A stretch of 64,000 nt of DNA from Promethearchaeota archaeon (GTDB lineage Archaea; Asgardarchaeota; Lokiarchaeia; Sigyniarchaeales; SOKP01). Positions within the stretch are counted from its first letter, which is position 1, and each line of letters starts with the position of its first letter. Location of the stretch: the NCBI GenBank assembly GCA_048940925.1, contig JBHLOC010000002.1:32001-96000 (forward strand), in the 5' to 3' direction. The position numbers and the translations under genes are program-made. Shown here in pieces: positions 54,899 through 64,000 of the stretch. Below the pieces are notes generated by a model that saw nothing but the letters and a program-made list of their open reading frames with translations, ran no database searches and had not been told where the DNA came from.

Positions 54899-56248
54899 TT
54901 GAAAAATCTCGAGCCTTTCTTTAATCCCAAAAGCATTTTAATAGTTGGCGTATCAAGAAAAGCCTATACATTTAATTATACTATCTTAAAAAATCTTTTA
55001 GAAATTTTTTATCGAGGAAAATTATACATCTTAAATCCTAATGCTGACGAAATTCTGGGCGTAAAATCATACCATTCTTTAGAAGAATTACCTGAGATAC
55101 CAGAATTAGCAGTTATTGTATTGGGTAAGAGTATTGCTACTATTTTTGAGAAATTAGCTAAATTTGGAGTGAAAAATATAGCAATAGAATCTGAATTACG
55201 AATTGATACCGAGGATGTATTATTATTGGAAACATTAAATCAAATTGGGGAACATTACGGAGTTTCTTATATGGGACCATCTATGCTAGGAATAATAAAT
55301 TTTATTAACAATTTCACTACTTCAATAATTCCCGTACGGCAGTATCTCATGCAAAAATATAGAAAAATAAAAGATGGTCTTAGTTTCATTGCACAATCTG
55401 GAGGTTTAGCAGGAGCTATGGGTTGGTGGTCGCCATCTCAAGATATCCCTATTTCTAAGGTCATTCACTTAGGATATGAATTTGATATTAATGACGCAGA
55501 TGTTTTAAAATATTTTAAAGAAGACATAAGTACAAAAGTGATTTCGATTTTTTTAAGAGAAATCACAGACGAGATTATTGAGGCTGTAAGAGAAATAACT
55601 CCTATCAAACCAGTTTTAATCTTTTATGTAGGAAAGGATATAGAAAAAGAAGAACAGCTAATAAACGCAGGTGGAATATGTGTAACAAACTACATCGAAT
55701 TATTCGAATTTGCCAAAATTTTCCTATGGTGTCCAGAACCGAAAGGTCCAAATTTAGGAATAATTGGTCCTAGTTCTGGAGCAATATACGTAATTGTAAA
55801 AGAGATGAGAAAGCAGGGTCTTTCACTTGCGAAGTTAACTAATGAACATAAAGACATCATACTTGATAAAGTTGGAGGTTCTACATGTAATTTAGGAAAT
55901 CCTGTTGATTATTGGCCCCCAGAACGGTTTGTAGGTACAAAAATCTGTGAAATTTATAACACTTCTTCTAAAACTCTGCTACAAGATGATGCCGTAGATG
56001 GATTGATATTGGCTTTAGAATTTTTTATCGAAATAGAATTTGATTTTAACATATTTCACAAAATTAAAAATTTATTTCCAGATAAACCAATAATCACTGT
56101 ATTAATTCAGGCAGAACGTGAGGGTGCCAAAAGAGTTATTAAATCTGCTTCTGAGCTTAAAATACCTGTATTCGAAAATGAGGTAGAAAGAGCAGTTCGT
56201 GGTTATAAATTACTTTATAATTGGTATTCAAAAATAAAAAAGAAATAA
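54899..56248 (+). CDS. acyl-CoA synthetase (NDP-forming) alpha-subunit-like CoA-binding protein
   Basis: FFNPKSI..VGVS, MGPS.LG, SFIAQSGG, GNPVD; the phospho-His loop is absent. Confidence 0.8.
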   Translation: MKNLEPFFNPKSILIVGVSRKAYTFNYTILKNLLEIFYRGKLYILNPNADEILGVKSYHSLEELPEIPELAVIVLGKSIATIFEKLAKFGVKNIAIESELRIDTEDVLLLETLNQIGEHYGVSYMGPSMLGIINFINNFTTSIIPVRQYLMQKYRKIKDGLSFIAQSGGLAGAMGWWSPSQDIPISKVIHLGYEFDINDADVLKYFKEDISTKVISIFLREITDEIIEAVREITPIKPVLIFYVGKDIEKEEQLINAGGICVTNYIELFEFAKIFLWCPEPKGPNLGIIGPSSGAIYVIVKEMRKQGLSLAKLTNEHKDIILDKVGGSTCNLGNPVDYWPPERFVGTKICEIYNTSSKTLLQDDAVDGLILALEFFIEIEFDFNIFHKIKNLFPDKPIITVLIQAEREGAKRVIKSASELKIPVFENEVERAVRGYKLLYNWYSKIKKK

Positions 56249-56252
56249 ATAT

Positions 56253-57506
56253 TTAACTCAAGAAAATCTCCTTTAACTCTTCAGGGACTTCATCAGATTC
56301 ATCCATTAAAGAGAGAACATAAACAGTTTCGCCACATTTGCATTCTTTCCCTTCAAATAGGTAGAATTTAAATTGATTTTTCCAATTACAAATTTGAATA
56401 TTTGTAAATTCAACAACTTCACCACACACGCAATAAATAAACAGATTTTCAGAAAAGTTAGGGATAATTGATTTAAACTCCTGAGGAGCTTTACTAAACT
56501 CAGATTCATTTAACAGTTTATTAATTTTTTCTGCTTGTGCATCTTTGAGAGTTGGGACGAAATAAGTTATTACTCCTCCCATTCCCTTCATTTCAGTAAG
56601 CACAATAAAATTTTTTTCGGGTCTTTCTTTTCTCTCTGGAAATAATGCTTTTTCATACTGCATTAGTTGTTCAGGGATCGGAAGTGGTTCCATATCGGGA
56701 GGATATTCAAAAGTATAAAAATACTGCATAGTTCCTCTTACATTACTTTGATTTAACAAACTTAAATTTTCATAATCCCTACTATGCAACATGAATTTTA
56801 TTAACTGCAATGGGACTTTTAACTCTAACAGGCGAGATCTAATATTATTTAAAACTTCTCCAGCATAAGTTTTTAGTATCATTATTTCTTCTCGATTTTC
56901 AGAGTAAATCTGATTTTTATTCTGGTCTTTAAATGTAAACCATTTCTTGACTACTGTTCCTCTAATCAGCTGGGGAATCATACATAAAACACACAGAATT
57001 GGAAAAACAATGAACAAATTAAAAGGTAAAAATGCAAACGCAAAAACGACCGCAAGTAAGGGAAGCGTTACTATTAAATTTAATCTGCGTAAACGTGTAG
57101 ACATAGATGTCTTTATCCCCTTACTAAGCGCCAATTCTTCTGCTTTTAATTTCAAATTTTCTATGATTCCAGGAATGTTTTTTGATTCAAAACTTTGCTT
57201 TAACAAGATATCCTCTTCTCTTCCCTGAATAAAGGTATTAATATGTGTGGTTATCTGAGATAAATATTGCTTTATAGTATTGTCTTTAAATATGAACTCT
57301 AGGGTTTCTTCTCCAAAATAATCGAGAAAGCGAACAATGAAAAGCTTTTTCTCAACATTTTGGATTTCTATAGGATCTAAACCAAGCGCTTCTTGTATAA
57401 TCTGACCTTGAGTTTTCCTCACTCGTTTTCGTGATTTTTTTCCTTCTTCTTCTTGCGCTTTCGAGCTTTCTATTTCTGTACTTTTGTCAACCATATCTTC
57501 TTTCAT
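56253..57506 (-). CDS. hypothetical membrane protein with C-terminal CxC/CxC motif
   Basis: 417-aa ORF with a central hydrophobic hairpin; CVCG and CKCG. Confidence 0.7.
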   Translation of the reverse strand: MKEDMVDKSTEIESSKAQEEEGKKSRKRVRKTQGQIIQEALGLDPIEIQNVEKKLFIVRFLDYFGEETLEFIFKDNTIKQYLSQITTHINTFIQGREEDILLKQSFESKNIPGIIENLKLKAEELALSKGIKTSMSTRLRRLNLIVTLPLLAVVFAFAFLPFNLFIVFPILCVLCMIPQLIRGTVVKKWFTFKDQNKNQIYSENREEIMILKTYAGEVLNNIRSRLLELKVPLQLIKFMLHSRDYENLSLLNQSNVRGTMQYFYTFEYPPDMEPLPIPEQLMQYEKALFPERKERPEKNFIVLTEMKGMGGVITYFVPTLKDAQAEKINKLLNESEFSKAPQEFKSIIPNFSENLFIYCVCGEVVEFTNIQICNWKNQFKFYLFEGKECKCGETVYVLSLMDESDEVPEELKEIFLS

Positions 57507-57793
57507 ACTTTTCTCAAAGCTTCAATTTTTTAATATAACGTAAGTAATTATTTACAGATAAATAACTTTTTGGAAAAAAAAAATAATGAATTTAAAGAAT
57601 AAATTGAAAAATCAAAAGAAAAGTAGAATAAATAATTGATAATTAAACTTATGAGTATCAATAAATAGCGATCAACTTATAATTTGAATTTACCGTAAAC
57701 TTTAATTATATTCTTATTCAAATATTAATTCATAACACATTCTTAAAATACATTCATATTATTTCAATTTAGAAATCAATTAAGGCAGTTAAT

Positions 57794-59509
57794 ATGGGAG
57801 AAAAGACCATAAATCCTAATAAAAAACCTAAATCCAAGAAGAAAAAAATTTTAGTAGAACATAAACCAATAGTTATAGGAGGCATAATTGCTGCAGTAGC
57901 AATAGCTGGAATTGTTGGTGGTATTGTTTTATTTTTAGGTGAAAAGAAAATAGGGGGTACTTTTATTTTTGGCTACGGTGGAGGGCTTGATAGAATAGAC
58001 CCTCTTATTGCAAATTTATATGATCCAATAATCATTGCTAGCATTGCTGAGCCATTATTCACTGAATATTATAATCAAACTGGTAAATATTATGAAAACT
58101 CCCCACATTTGGCAGAAGAAGGAACTTGGAGCCCTGATGGTTTAAATTTTACTTGCACTCTAAAGAAAGGGGTTGAATTTCATGACGGTACGAAATTTAA
58201 CGCCTCAGCAGTTAAGTGGAACTTCGATAGGCTACATAATTTGCTAGTCAATATGTCCATTTATGGTGTAGATTATTTGTGGTATCATCCGGATGGGACT
58301 CTTATTTTAAATAGGACCGAAATAATCAACGATTACACCGTAAGGTTTGTGTTGAATAGACCTTTTGTTCCTTTTCGAGCATTACTTACTATTCCTCACG
58401 CATACATTTTATCACCTGCATCTACTCCTGAAGACAGATTCCTTGATGCTTTCACTGAAAAATTAATTGGGACAGGTCCTTATATTTATGAATCCAATGT
58501 GGTATATGTTAATACAACTATAATAAAAAATAAAAATTATTGGGGTACTCCCAAACCCGTAATGGATACATATGTTTTCATTCCTTATTCTTATCAAGAA
58601 AGTAATGAACATTTTTTTGCAAAAGAAACTGATTATGCCGTAGGAAATGACAGCCTTTTAGAAGAATATAGCGCAGATTCTACGATTGTAGTAGACGATT
58701 TTGTAGAGCATGGATTCGATTATCTTGGAATGAATAACAAAAGGATAAACACCACGATGAGGAAGGCAATCTCTTATGCTTTAAATTACACCTCTATTCT
58801 TGAACTAGCTGATTCACTCTCACATGGATCAAATATAAGATGTAGATCTCCATTGTCGTTAGAAACTCTTTATTCAAATTGGGAAGATTTTGATGTCCCT
58901 TATTATAATATAACAAAGGCAAGACAAACTCTAAAGGATGTGAATTGGCCTGGAACTACTGATTTGACCGCAAATAATATTATAACTATTGGAAACGAGT
59001 GGGAAACGATAGCAAATATGACACCTCTTATGACACTTAATATTTCATATATTTTTGGAGGATGGAATTGGCTAGAAGAATTATCATATATCATAGTTGA
59101 TAATCTCAAACAAATTGGAGTAAAAGTCGAAAATCTACCCCTAACATATGAAGATCACTGGGATAATGTATTTGCTTCAAAAATAGACCTTTTCTGGCTA
59201 GGTTGGTTAATTGATTACAATGATCCTTCAAATACTCTTAATGCTATATTTTCAACTCAACTTGAAGGGTGGAATAATTTTCAACAAACTAATGATTCTA
59301 TTGTTCAAGGATGGCTGGACCAAGGAACAGTAGAGACTAATCCTTTTAATAGAAGTCGACTCTACTACGATATTCAGAGAGAGTTGATTGAAAGAGTGTA
59401 TCCCGTAGCTTGGTTATATTCTAATGTATGGTTTGACGTGTACCGATCGAATGTAAGAGGTTGGGGCATTTGGGGTGCGGGATCATTGAGATATATATAC
59501 CGCGTTTAG
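57794..59509 (+). CDS. family 5 (peptide/nickel) ABC substrate-binding protein, N-terminally anchored
   Basis: LKKGVEFHDGTKFNASAVKWNFDR, IGTGPY, MRKAISYA. Confidence 0.88.
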   Translation: MGEKTINPNKKPKSKKKKILVEHKPIVIGGIIAAVAIAGIVGGIVLFLGEKKIGGTFIFGYGGGLDRIDPLIANLYDPIIIASIAEPLFTEYYNQTGKYYENSPHLAEEGTWSPDGLNFTCTLKKGVEFHDGTKFNASAVKWNFDRLHNLLVNMSIYGVDYLWYHPDGTLILNRTEIINDYTVRFVLNRPFVPFRALLTIPHAYILSPASTPEDRFLDAFTEKLIGTGPYIYESNVVYVNTTIIKNKNYWGTPKPVMDTYVFIPYSYQESNEHFFAKETDYAVGNDSLLEEYSADSTIVVDDFVEHGFDYLGMNNKRINTTMRKAISYALNYTSILELADSLSHGSNIRCRSPLSLETLYSNWEDFDVPYYNITKARQTLKDVNWPGTTDLTANNIITIGNEWETIANMTPLMTLNISYIFGGWNWLEELSYIIVDNLKQIGVKVENLPLTYEDHWDNVFASKIDLFWLGWLIDYNDPSNTLNAIFSTQLEGWNNFQQTNDSIVQGWLDQGTVETNPFNRSRLYYDIQRELIERVYPVAWLYSNVWFDVYRSNVRGWGIWGAGSLRYIYRV

Positions 59510-59629
59510 AATAATTCCCAATTAATAACTTATTTTTTTTTAGAAATGAAAATTCTGAACCATAATTATGCTCTGTTGCATATTTTTAGACTTATATAAT
59601 TGATATAATATATTTAAAGAAGAACCATT

Positions 59630-60640
59630 TTAACTAAATGGAATACTGGAGAGGTTTACAGAATATTCTCCAAAATCTTTATTTTTAAACAACGATATAT
59701 TAAAATGGTTTTTAGCAGGAAAATCGTTGGATTTAAATATGTATCCCACGTCAGGGAAATCATAAAATGATTCAGGGTTTTCAGGAAAACCAACCCAAGT
59801 ATTATATACTCCACCCCAACCACCTGAATAGTTATGAAATGTAAACCTTGCCCCAATATCGGGTGAACTATCACGATAAATTACTCTAATCGCTCCAATA
59901 TTAGTTTCCCCTGTGCCCGTTATGTTTGCACCCATATCTCTATCTTGAATGATATTAAATATAATTTCACCATCGTTGTTAGTAAGATCCCATATATTGT
60001 TTCGAGTATATCTAACATTATTTGCCTTTAACTTTATATCACCAAAGTTTACATATCCAGTTATGTTACCTTTGGTTGTACAGTAGCTAAAATCATATAA
60101 AATATTACCACTAGAGATATCAACAGCAACATTATTTATATGAATACCAAATGGAACGTATAGTCCTACATTCCCTTCTTTATTAATGGTAGTATTAATA
60201 TCAAATAGGATGTTCGCATTAAGTGTTATAGTAATACTTACATTTTGATTAATCCAAATTAAAGCATCAAACCAGGAATCCGATAAAAGTTTCAGAGTGA
60301 AAGTTGGTATAGTGCTTGTATTGCCCCAATCCACACTTAAAAAATCCGTGTACTTCTCGCCAATGAGATTCTTACCACTCATCTCAATATTTAACTCAAT
60401 TTTCACATGATAATCAACTGGTGCATAGCTGTAGGTTATTTCAATATTTCCCACATCAACGTTAAGATGCAATTCTTCGATATCATAGGAATTGATAGGA
60501 GTATATTCATGACTCTCAAAATGTTCTAATGTAATGTAGGAGGAAAATCCAGTTGATAGGATAATGATCGGAACAGAAATAATCATACTTAATCCAAATA
60601 AAAATATTATTATGACTCCAACTATTCCTTTTTTCCTCAT
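59630..60640 (-). CDS. membrane-anchored beta-rich (DUF4097/adhesin-like) protein
   Basis: N-terminal TM helix; IEELHLNVDVGNIEI; repeated GNI/GDI beta units. Confidence 0.65.
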   Translation of the reverse strand: MRKKGIVGVIIIFLFGLSMIISVPIIILSTGFSSYITLEHFESHEYTPINSYDIEELHLNVDVGNIEITYSYAPVDYHVKIELNIEMSGKNLIGEKYTDFLSVDWGNTSTIPTFTLKLLSDSWFDALIWINQNVSITITLNANILFDINTTINKEGNVGLYVPFGIHINNVAVDISSGNILYDFSYCTTKGNITGYVNFGDIKLKANNVRYTRNNIWDLTNNDGEIIFNIIQDRDMGANITGTGETNIGAIRVIYRDSSPDIGARFTFHNYSGGWGGVYNTWVGFPENPESFYDFPDVGYIFKSNDFPAKNHFNISLFKNKDFGEYSVNLSSIPFS

Positions 60641-60851
60641 CTTTTAAATCCTATGAACTAAATGTCTAATACATTAATTATTTAGATAAGAGATACTTTT
60701 ATTTAAATCAATCTATCTATATGTTTATGGTTTATACCATATAAGATCATAAGGTTTAATAACAAGGTTATTCAAATATTGAATTATTATAAAAATGCAA
60801 AATTCAATGAGATTTTACTAAATTGTAAATATCTAATAAAAAGGGTTAAAA

Positions 60852-62576
60852 ATGAGTGAGAAAAAACCTGTACCTAAGAAGAAGAAATTAATTGCTGAGC
60901 ATAAGACAATTGTGGTGGGAGGAATAGTCGCTGCTGTTGCATTAGCTGGAATTGTAAGTGGTATTGTATTGTTTACAGTAGAAGTAGAGAAAAAGAGAGG
61001 TAATATCGTCTGTGCTTTTAATTTCGTTGTAGATGATCTCGATCCACATTCTACTCGAGGCGGCTCATGGAATGTTTTTTTTTGGTCTCAGGTGGCGGAA
61101 GGCTTATTTGAACATGATTATTCTAATCCTAATAATCGTATTATAAGTAATCTAGCAATAAAAGGTGAATGGAGCCAAGATCTCTTAAACTTTACATGCA
61201 CCTTGAGAAAAGGAGTAAAATTTCATGATGGTACACCATTTAATGCAACGGCAGTCAAATGGAATTTTGATAGAATTCACAGATTACTTGACTATATGGA
61301 TTGGTCTTATTTATGGCGAATTTCTGAAGATAAAACACGTATCAACAGAACGGAAGTTATAGATACCTATATAGTAAGGTTTGTGTTAAATAAACCTTAT
61401 ATACCTTTCAAAGCGTTATTATGTTCTCCAATTTCGTATATGTTATCTCCAACCTCTACTCCCGCTGATGAATTCATAGACATTAATTCAACTCTAGTTG
61501 GAACTGGTCCTTTTAAGTTCGATGTCTGTACCAACACCTGGCAAGGGAGTTATATAGGCATATGTGTAAATACAACACTAACAGCTAATCTAGATTATTG
61601 GGGTAAAAAACCATATTTTGATAAAATTAGAATCACAGATGGATCATATCTTGATAGAATAGAGGGTATGAAGTCTAAGGAGATTTCTTTTGTAGAACCA
61701 GATCGTTATGAAGAAATCGAAGCATATAGAAATATGACCGATGTGACTATACTGGAGAAACCAGGTTTAGGTGTTTTTTGGCTTCATATGAATCATAAAC
61801 TCTTTCCTGTAGAAATGAGAAAAGCGATTTCTTATGCTTTTAATTATACATATTATCTTGAAGCCGCTTCATATTATAATGATATTGATTATGGAAGAGC
61901 AAAATCACCTATCACTAAAGGATTGCTGTATTCGAATTGGGATGATTTTGATGTTCCAGTGTACGATATTAAAGTTGCACGGCAGGCATTAATTGATGCA
62001 AATTGGCCTGGAACTTCTGGTTTAACTGCTGATGATGACATCAGTCCTGGTAATGAATGGGAAACCCTAGCAAATGGTCCAAATCCCCTTGCAACTTATA
62101 ATTATTCATACGTGTTTGATAGTTGGTTCCAAGGAAACTTATCGCTTGAGGTAGCTAAAAATCTTAAGCAAATCGGAGTGAAAATAGAACCTCTTGGTTT
62201 TAATCAACTAGAAATTTGGATAAAAATGTTCACGGGTGATTATGATTTTATACTTATAGGCTGGGCTCCATCTTATAATGATCCTGCCGAAGTAATAAAT
62301 CCTAATTTTTCATCTAAAGCTGATGGTTTCTTTAATTATATTAATTTTAACGATACACTAATACAAAAATGGATGGACGAGGCTCTCGAAGAACCAGATC
62401 CTAGTGCAAGAGAAAAACTATATTATCAAATTCAAGAACGACTTATTGAAGAACTTTATTCTGCTATTTGGTTAGGCTCAAGAGTGCAATACTATATTTG
62501 GGCATCGAATATAAAGGGGATTCAGCAAGAAGGGCCTCCATTAAAAATTCTTCTAAAAAATGGTTATTTCATTTAA
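60852..62576 (+). CDS. family 5 ABC substrate-binding protein (paralog of 57794..59509)
   Basis: LRKGVKFHDGTPFNATAVKWNFDR, VGTGPF, MRKAISYA. Confidence 0.88.
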   Translation: MSEKKPVPKKKKLIAEHKTIVVGGIVAAVALAGIVSGIVLFTVEVEKKRGNIVCAFNFVVDDLDPHSTRGGSWNVFFWSQVAEGLFEHDYSNPNNRIISNLAIKGEWSQDLLNFTCTLRKGVKFHDGTPFNATAVKWNFDRIHRLLDYMDWSYLWRISEDKTRINRTEVIDTYIVRFVLNKPYIPFKALLCSPISYMLSPTSTPADEFIDINSTLVGTGPFKFDVCTNTWQGSYIGICVNTTLTANLDYWGKKPYFDKIRITDGSYLDRIEGMKSKEISFVEPDRYEEIEAYRNMTDVTILEKPGLGVFWLHMNHKLFPVEMRKAISYAFNYTYYLEAASYYNDIDYGRAKSPITKGLLYSNWDDFDVPVYDIKVARQALIDANWPGTSGLTADDDISPGNEWETLANGPNPLATYNYSYVFDSWFQGNLSLEVAKNLKQIGVKIEPLGFNQLEIWIKMFTGDYDFILIGWAPSYNDPAEVINPNFSSKADGFFNYINFNDTLIQKWMDEALEEPDPSAREKLYYQIQERLIEELYSAIWLGSRVQYYIWASNIKGIQQEGPPLKILLKNGYFI

Positions 62577-62688
62577 CAAATTCATCCAAGCCATTATTAA
62601 AATAATCTAACTTTTTTGAGAGGTAATTATTTCATTTATTATTCATTATATTTAGCAAAAACAAAAAATATATACCTATTTATTAAGC

Positions 62689-63696
62689 TTATTTATTATA
62701 TAATTTCCAAAGATATGCTATGTCATGCCAAAATCCGGTGTACATAGAGAAATTATAGTTATTCTTTGCAGGAAAATCATAAGATACGAATTCACGCCCG
62801 GAAGGCTTTGAAACATCTTCATAAAATCCTTCAGAGGTGCTATCGGAATGACCCCAACCCAAAAAATCGATCATTTTAATCCATGCTCCTACATTCTGAG
62901 TATAATCTTGATAAATGAGATGAACATGTCCTGTCGTAGAGTTTAGGATTCCAGTAATGTTGGCACCCATTTCTTCATATTGAATAATATCAAATGTGAG
63001 TATACCCTCATCATTAGAAAGATTTAATATACTATTCTGAATATATTGGACGTTAATGGTTTTTAATTCTATATCAGCAAAATTTCCATTAGCAGTTATA
63101 TTACCTTCGATAGTACAATAATCAAAATATATTAAAGATTTGCTAACTGTTTTGTTATTTAATTTATTGATAATTACATTGACATTATTTACGTTAACTC
63201 CGCCTGGAACGTATACTTTAACATTACCTTCAAGATTCGTTGTTGTATTAATATCAAACAAGATGTTTGCGTTAAGAGTCACTATTATACTAACATCTCG
63301 GGTAATCCATAGCGAGGTATCAAACCATGATTCTGATAAAAGTTCCATACTAAAAATGGCCGAATTGGTTGAATTTTTCCACACTGGAGCTTTAAAATAA
63401 TCTAAATATGATTTTCCAGGAAGATTTTGACCACTCATGTTAATAAATACCTCTACTTTCACATGATAATCAACTGGTGCATAAGTGTAGGATATTTCAA
63501 TATCTCCTACATCAACATTAAGATTTATTTCTTCAATTGTAGAAGAATTTAATGAAGTATATTCAAAAGACTTATAATGCTCAATTTTAATGTATGGAGA
63601 GAAACTCGAGGAAAGGATAACAACAGGAATAGACGCAATTATAACGAATCCAAAAATAATACTGATGATTATCGCTATTTTTCCTTTTATCAGCAT
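62689..63696 (-). CDS. membrane-anchored beta-rich protein (paralog of 59630..60640)
   Basis: Shares YAPVDYHVK, TLNANILFDINTT and DFPAKN. ATG at 63696 gives 335 aa, matching the paralog length. Confidence 0.7.
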   Translation of the reverse strand: MLIKGKIAIIISIIFGFVIIASIPVVILSSSFSPYIKIEHYKSFEYTSLNSSTIEEINLNVDVGDIEISYTYAPVDYHVKVEVFINMSGQNLPGKSYLDYFKAPVWKNSTNSAIFSMELLSESWFDTSLWITRDVSIIVTLNANILFDINTTTNLEGNVKVYVPGGVNVNNVNVIINKLNNKTVSKSLIYFDYCTIEGNITANGNFADIELKTINVQYIQNSILNLSNDEGILTFDIIQYEEMGANITGILNSTTGHVHLIYQDYTQNVGAWIKMIDFLGWGHSDSTSEGFYEDVSKPSGREFVSYDFPAKNNYNFSMYTGFWHDIAYLWKLYNK

Positions 63697-64000
63697 TGTT
63701 AAATTATGATAGGTAAATTTTATGGTTGATAAATTATTTAGATAAGGGGAATTTTTATTAAAATTTTGTTTTATATAATAGCTTTGAAAATAAATTTTTA
63801 TATTGAAATCTCTTATAAGTTTATTATAATTCACATAATTACATTCTTTTAATTTTTTTGGTGAACCCCAATCGTATTATTTATCACTTATGATCCAATC
63901 GAACGCTTTCTTTCAAGCTTGACTATTACTGCTTTAATTGTGTGTAGTATATTTTTTTTATTGCAAGGTCGAAAGAGAGAAGTGTATCATGAAAAAATCC

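Noticed and set aside
63697-63834. 46-aa N-terminal extension of the last ORF
   Set aside because: The paralog alignment starts at ATG 63696, and the extension is AT-rich intergenic-like sequence.

Overview
AT-rich archaeal chromosomal window, very probably from a Lokiarchaeia (Asgard) genome. The assignment rests on Rab-like and Arf/Rag-like small GTPases, IPGY-type C-terminal anchors, Cdc6/XerA, uL16 (L10e) and an archaeal RNase P RNA. Most of the content is housekeeping, metabolic and surface-protein genes. The main result is two protein-coding genes each interrupted near the 5' end by a 31-nt, frame-breaking, stop-containing insert. One lies in purA, inside the WGDEGKGK active-site motif. 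The other lies in a small zinc-ribbon gene, inside its CPEC motif. In both, the junctions needed to restore the protein fall exactly where a bulge-helix-bulge (BHB) fold predicts cleavage by the archaeal tRNA-splicing endonuclease, which suggests enzyme-spliced mRNA introns. Secondary observations: three genes that seem to need AUU/AUC/AUA start codons (including rpl10e), a GIFT (IFT52/GldG-like) gene coupled to a Rab-like GTPase, tandem vWA plus zinc-finger paralogs, a shuffled FN3-like surface module, a duplicated binding-protein/partner gene pair, and several enzymes with altered catalytic motifs. All family calls come from motif recognition by eye; no database searches were run.
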